DNA of 63,970 bases, filler included. It is 4 parts of 4 records of this genome, joined end to end, with 100 filler letters (N's around TTAATTAATTAA, not from the genome) between each part and the next. Parts side by side here need not be neighbours in the genome. Positions count along the whole stretch, not along the records: positions 51,177 to 63,970 come from SRR20825006_53; 3 more parts are not named here. One strand, 5' to 3'. Positions 59,368 through 63,970 of the stretch are shown piece after piece. A program made the position numbers and the translations under genes. The notes beneath the pieces were generated by a model. That model had not been told where the DNA came from and made no database searches. It worked only from the letters and a program-made list of their open reading frames with translations. Position 1 is the first letter of the stretch. Each line of letters starts with the position of its first letter.

Positions 59368-60682
59368 ATTTATAATCACAGCTATTCCCTTATTTTTTAG
59401 CCTGTTTGTAAGTCAAGCGCAAAAGACCCAAAATCTTTCGCTTGATGATGTTGTACAGATGGCTTTAACCACAAGTGATGCGTCAAAAATTAACGCCGCC
59501 CAAGTCACTCAGGCGCAACAAGCGCTTAAGGTCACCAAAAATAATCAGTATCCTGACGTTGATATTTCAGGACAATACAGATATCTCACAAACGCAGATG
59601 TGAAACTGCAAATTCCCGTGAGTGCTTCCGGTGGCGAAAACAGTGAAGAGCAGGCAACGGCTTCTCCTGATGTCAACGGACTGTTGTTAGGTTCTGCAAA
59701 TGTAAGTATGCCACTTTTTTCGGGCTTTAAGCTTAAGAACAGTATTTCTGCCAGTGAAAATAAATTACAGGCTGCAATTTATAACGCGGCCAATGATCAA
59801 GAAGAACTGGCGTTGCGTGCGATACAAACCTATCTAAATCTGTATAAGGCGAATGCGACTATTGGGCTGTTTGAGGATAATCTCAAAAGCGCCAATCAAC
59901 GGGTGACCGATTTCAGCAATATGGAAGCAAATGGTTTATTGGCACGTAATGATTTATTAAAAGCACAGCTGCAACAAGCAAATGTTGAGCTCTCTCTGGC
60001 GGAAGCAAAAAAGAACGCCAAAATTTTGAATTACAGGCTGAATGCCCTTCTAAAATTACCCGAAGAAACACAGATTAGCACCGAGGTAAATGCGGTAACA
60101 CCGGTCGCAAGCGGACTTCCTTCTACCGAAAATAGAAATGATCTTAAAGCTTTAGATTTTCAAGAAGAAGCACTTCAAGATCAGATTAAAGTAGCTAAGG
60201 CTGATTATTATCCGTCTCTGGCTTTAGTGGGTGGTTACATCGCTTTAGATCTCAATAATGCACTCACCGTAACCAATGCGATGAATGTAGGTGTAGGCGT
60301 TTCTTATAACCTCGCATCCCTCTTTAAATCTAAGGCTAACGTTAAATTAGCCGAAAGTCAGGCTCAGCAATTACGTTACCAAATTGACGAAGCTACTGCC
60401 CAGGCTAAAGTAAATGCACAAAATGCTTTCGCTGAATACAATCTCGCTTTAAACACTTTTGAAGTTTATGAGGTTTCTAAGGAGCAAGCTGAAGAAAACT
60501 ACCGCATCGTAAAAGATAAATACGATAACGGACTTTCTGATACTAATGACCTCTTGGAAGCCGATGTGCAGCAACTGCAAGCCAACATTAATCTGACGTA
60601 CGCTAAGGCAGACATTACCCAAACCTATTATCAACTTTTAAGTGCCGAAGGCGTACTTACCAAGCAATTTTCTCAAAATTAA
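59357..60682 (+). CDS. TolC-family outer membrane efflux protein
   Basis: Two OEP repeats (YP..., Y..GL....DLLEA). Confidence 0.9.
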   Translation: MKTRFIITAIPLFFSLFVSQAQKTQNLSLDDVVQMALTTSDASKINAAQVTQAQQALKVTKNNQYPDVDISGQYRYLTNADVKLQIPVSASGGENSEEQATASPDVNGLLLGSANVSMPLFSGFKLKNSISASENKLQAAIYNAANDQEELALRAIQTYLNLYKANATIGLFEDNLKSANQRVTDFSNMEANGLLARNDLLKAQLQQANVELSLAEAKKNAKILNYRLNALLKLPEETQISTEVNAVTPVASGLPSTENRNDLKALDFQEEALQDQIKVAKADYYPSLALVGGYIALDLNNALTVTNAMNVGVGVSYNLASLFKSKANVKLAESQAQQLRYQIDEATAQAKVNAQNAFAEYNLALNTFEVYEVSKEQAEENYRIVKDKYDNGLSDTNDLLEADVQQLQANINLTYAKADITQTYYQLLSAEGVLTKQFSQN

Positions 60683-60695
60683 CCCTTCTACAATC

Positions 60696-61778
60696 ATGGA
60701 ACAGAAGAAAAAAACCAATAAAAAATTCATCATCATCACAGCCGTTTTAGTGCTCATCGGCGCAACCTACGGAACGATTAAGTTCATTCACTCACTCTCT
60801 CACGAAGAAACTGATGATGCTCAGGTAGAAGCAAATATGAGTGCCATTATACCGCACGTAGGCGGTTATGTTGACCAAATTTTTGTTGAAGATAACGCTA
60901 TTGTAAAAGCCGGAGACACGTTGTTCACTATAGATCAGCGCGATTACTTAGTTCAGTTAGAACAAGCCAAAGCAAGTTTAGCGGCTGCCGAAAGTCAGCT
61001 TGCTGTAGCGCAGTCCTCTATTGGTTCTTCTAAGGCAAATGCCAGCGCATCCTATGCACAGGTTTCTTCAACTTACGGCAATATTGAGTCGGCTAAAATT
61101 CAGTTGAGAAGAGCTTCAGATGATTATACCAGATATAAAAATCTCTACGACAATAAGAGCATCACGACTCAGCAGTATGAGCAAGCTTTAGCGGCTAAGC
61201 AAGAAGCCGAAGCACGTCTTTCGGTTTTAGAAAATCAGCAAAAAGCAATGCAAAGTCAAAGCCGTGCGGCGACTTCTCAAAACGAAGTGACCGAAAAACA
61301 AGTCGCTGTTGCTGAAGCTAATATTAAAAGCGCTCAAGCGCAGGTAGATGCCGCACAACTTAATCTGGATTACACGGTGGTGATCGCTCCTATCGACGGC
61401 CAACTTTCTTCGATAGAAATTCAAGAAGGGCAATTTGTTCAACCCGGTCAATCGCTCTTTTATCTTGTAAATACTCAGGATAAATGGATTGTTGCCAACT
61501 TTAAAGAAACGCAATTAAACGATATGAAAGTCGGTCAAAAAGTAGGCATTGCTATTGATGCCTATCCAGATGAAGAGTTTGAAGGAGTCATTGCTAACTT
61601 CTCTCCTGCTACTGGCGCCCGATTCTCTTTACTTCCACCCGATAATGCTACTGGAAACTTTGTAAAAACCGTACAACGCCTACCTGTGAAGATTAATTTT
61701 ACTGACGCTAACAGTCAGGAACGCTTGGCTTTGTTACGCGCAGGAATGAATGCAGAAATAGACGTACATCTAAACTAG
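60696..61778 (+). CDS. HlyD/EmrA-family membrane fusion protein
   Basis: TDDAQV, ANFKETQ, FSLLPPDNATGNFVK.VQR.PV. Confidence 0.92.
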   Translation: MEQKKKTNKKFIIITAVLVLIGATYGTIKFIHSLSHEETDDAQVEANMSAIIPHVGGYVDQIFVEDNAIVKAGDTLFTIDQRDYLVQLEQAKASLAAAESQLAVAQSSIGSSKANASASYAQVSSTYGNIESAKIQLRRASDDYTRYKNLYDNKSITTQQYEQALAAKQEAEARLSVLENQQKAMQSQSRAATSQNEVTEKQVAVAEANIKSAQAQVDAAQLNLDYTVVIAPIDGQLSSIEIQEGQFVQPGQSLFYLVNTQDKWIVANFKETQLNDMKVGQKVGIAIDAYPDEEFEGVIANFSPATGARFSLLPPDNATGNFVKTVQRLPVKINFTDANSQERLALLRAGMNAEIDVHLN

Positions 61779-61784
61779 AATAAT

Positions 61785-63368
61785 ATGGCTGAGGCTATAG
61801 AAGCAGAAGACAGTCTCGTTGAGTATGGCTTTAGACGCGTGATCATCACGATCACCGCGATTCTTTGCGCACTTTTAGAGATTGTAGATACAACCATTGT
61901 AAACGTTGCATTAAATGATATGCGCGGAAGCCTGGGCGCCACCTTGACTGATGTCGCGTGGGTAATCACCGCGTATGCCATTGCTAACGTTATCATCATA
62001 CCTATGACGAGTTGGTTATCAAAACAGTTTGGTCGGCGGAATTATTTTGCGGTTTCCATCGTCATTTTTACATGTTCTTCATTTCTCTGCGGAAATGCTA
62101 CAAACATCTGGGAGCTCGTTGCTTTTAGGTTTGTTCAAGGTCTAGGTGGTGGTGCGTTGCTGGTTACTGCACAAACTATAATAACCGAAAGTTACCCGGT
62201 CGCTAAACGAGGTATGGCGCAAGCCATTTACGGAATGGGTGTGATCGTTGGTCCTACCCTAGGACCACCTTTAGGTGGCTATCTGGTTGACAATTTCTCG
62301 TGGCCTTATATTTTCTATATCAATATTCCGATTGGGATCATTGCGACCTTTTTGACAATTCTCTTTGTTAGAAGTCCAAAATATGGTGAAAAACTGAGCG
62401 CAAATCAAGTAGACTGGTGGGGTATTGTATTTCTTGCCTCCTTTATTGGTTCGTTACAATTTGTACTTGAACACGGGCAACAAGACGACTGGTTTGAAGA
62501 CCATATGATCGTAATTTTAAGTGTGGTTTCTTTATTTGGTCTTGTGGCCTTTATTTGGCGTGAACTGGTTTATGAATTTCCCATTGTAAATCTAAGAGTG
62601 CTGCGCAATACCAATTTATGGACGGGAACTATAATGACCTTTATTCTAGGTTTTGGTCTTTACGGCTCTACCTTCGTGATCCCGATCTACACCCAATCTA
62701 TCTTAGGGTGGACGGCAACCGATGCCGGCTTATTACTAATTCCAAGTTCGATAACCACAGGTTTAATGATGCCCATAATTGGGAAGCTCCTAGAACGTGG
62801 AATCCCAGCAAAATATCTAGTAGCACTGGGTTTTATTGGGTTTTTCTTATATAGCCTATGGATGCATAACCTGCTTACTCCAGATACCTCGTCAGAGGCT
62901 ATGTTTTGGCCTTTAGTGCTTCGCGGAATAGGTCTGGGACTGTTATTTGTCCCCATTACCACCTTAGCACTTTCTACGTTAAAAGGAGCTGAGATTGGTG
63001 AAGGCGCCGCCTTTACCGGAATGATGCGCCAATTAGGAGGCTCGTTCGGTATTGCGATTATCACAACGATGATTTCACGCTTAAATCAGCAGCATCGGGT
63101 TGATCTGATTCCTAACTTAAGCAGTATTGATCCGCAAACGCAACAGCGTGTAAACGGTTTGCAGCAAATGTTTATAGGGAAAGGTTTTAGTTTTAATGAA
63201 GCCTTAGACCGTGCATACCAAGTATTAGAAGGAAGCATTAGCCTTCAAGGCACGGTACTCACGTATATGGATGTATTTCTATACTTGGGAATTCTGTTTT
63301 TAGTCTGTGTTCCCTTCGTTTTAATGATGAAGAATGGTTCGGGCAAACCGGCATCAGGAGCGCATTAA
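61785..63368 (+). CDS. DHA2 (EmrB/QacA) MFS efflux permease
   Basis: D.TIVNVAL, FGRR, R..QGLGGG, GP.LGP.LGG, RQLGGSFG; about 14 TM. Confidence 0.92.
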   Translation: MAEAIEAEDSLVEYGFRRVIITITAILCALLEIVDTTIVNVALNDMRGSLGATLTDVAWVITAYAIANVIIIPMTSWLSKQFGRRNYFAVSIVIFTCSSFLCGNATNIWELVAFRFVQGLGGGALLVTAQTIITESYPVAKRGMAQAIYGMGVIVGPTLGPPLGGYLVDNFSWPYIFYINIPIGIIATFLTILFVRSPKYGEKLSANQVDWWGIVFLASFIGSLQFVLEHGQQDDWFEDHMIVILSVVSLFGLVAFIWRELVYEFPIVNLRVLRNTNLWTGTIMTFILGFGLYGSTFVIPIYTQSILGWTATDAGLLLIPSSITTGLMMPIIGKLLERGIPAKYLVALGFIGFFLYSLWMHNLLTPDTSSEAMFWPLVLRGIGLGLLFVPITTLALSTLKGAEIGEGAAFTGMMRQLGGSFGIAIITTMISRLNQQHRVDLIPNLSSIDPQTQQRVNGLQQMFIGKGFSFNEALDRAYQVLEGSISLQGTVLTYMDVFLYLGILFLVCVPFVLMMKNGSGKPASGAH

Positions 63369-63970
63369 TACCTTCTGTATTTAGCTGACTCCTCAAAGAC
63401 ATGTTCTAAGATCGCCGCTTCCTGCTCATCAAAAGGTATGTTGCGGCGTTCCATCACTAGTTTAGCGGTTTGAAAAGCTTTATTGGTTTTATAAGTGGTA
63501 AAACCACTGGCCCCACCCCAACTGAAACTAGGAACAAAATTACGAGGAAAACCTGTTCCAAAAATATTGACGCTTACACCAATCACTGTTCCTGTATTGA
63601 ACATGGTATTAATACCGCACTTGCTGTGATCTCCCATCATTAAACCACAAAATTGCAATCCGGTTTTTGCAAAACCTTCGGTCTCATAATCCCAAAGGCG
63701 CACTTCTTCGTAATTATTTTTAAGGTTACTGTTATTAGAATCTGCACCAATGTTGCACCATTCCCCTAATACAGAATTTCCTAAATAACCATCATGTCCT
63801 TTATTAGAATACGCCATCAATACCGAATTGGTAACCTCACCTCCAACTTTGCAATACGGACCAATAGTCGTTCCTGTATAAATTTTTGCTCCCATCTTTA
63901 CGGCAGCGTGTTCGCAAAGTGCAAACGGACCGCGAATGAGTGCACCTTCCATAATTTCAGCATCTTTACC
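63365..63970 (-). CDS. GlmU-like hexapeptide-repeat protein (putative sugar nucleotidyltransferase), 5'-truncated
   Basis: GGEV.NS, HDGYLGNS.LG.WCN.GA, FCGL.MGDH; frame open to the window end. Confidence 0.85.
   Translation of the reverse strand, partial: GKDAEIMEGALIRGPFALCEHAAVKMGAKIYTGTTIGPYCKVGGEVTNSVLMAYSNKGHDGYLGNSVLGEWCNIGADSNNSNLKNNYEEVRLWDYETEGFAKTGLQFCGLMMGDHSKCGINTMFNTGTVIGVSVNIFGTGFPRNFVPSFSWGGASGFTTYKTNKAFQTAKLVMERRNIPFDEQEAAILEHVFEESAKYRRY

Overview
The window is not one continuous locus. It is four Flavobacteriaceae-type (Bacteroidota) contigs joined by artificial 100-nt spacers (44 N + TTAATTAATTAA + 44 N): 1-25072, 25173-36875, 36976-51076 and 51177-63970. Contig 2 is visibly GC-richer than contig 1, so the pieces may come from different genomes. 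Housekeeping content: mevalonate-pathway genes plus a UbiA-family prenyltransferase, a TrmH-family methylase, the mutS start, zwf/gndA, rlmH-nadC-YihY-priA-LytTR-rpsF start, mtaB, a TetR-TolC-EmrA-EmrB efflux operon and a GlmU-like gene. The least explained part is the accessory region of contig 1 (about 4-21 kb). It holds (i) a T9SS-secreted Asp-box protein flanked by two membrane-anchored TPR/LuxR regulators; (ii) a DUF805 membrane protein whose gene overlaps that of an 883-aa protein fusing a DUF922-like HExxH metalloprotease domain to roughly twenty 32-aa YD-like repeats, with no Rhs core; and (iii) a co-oriented run of six exported unknown proteins ending in a TPR-kinase/NarL two-component pair. 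That run includes two paralog pairs, one BLIP/BamE-like and one built from a Trp-rich ~135-aa domain present three times, plus long intergenic hairpins. Contig 2 carries a cluster of exported hydrolases with a duplicated NTF2 + amidohydrolase module. I found no rRNA, tRNA, CRISPR array or transposase. All family calls come from motif recognition by eye; no searches were run.
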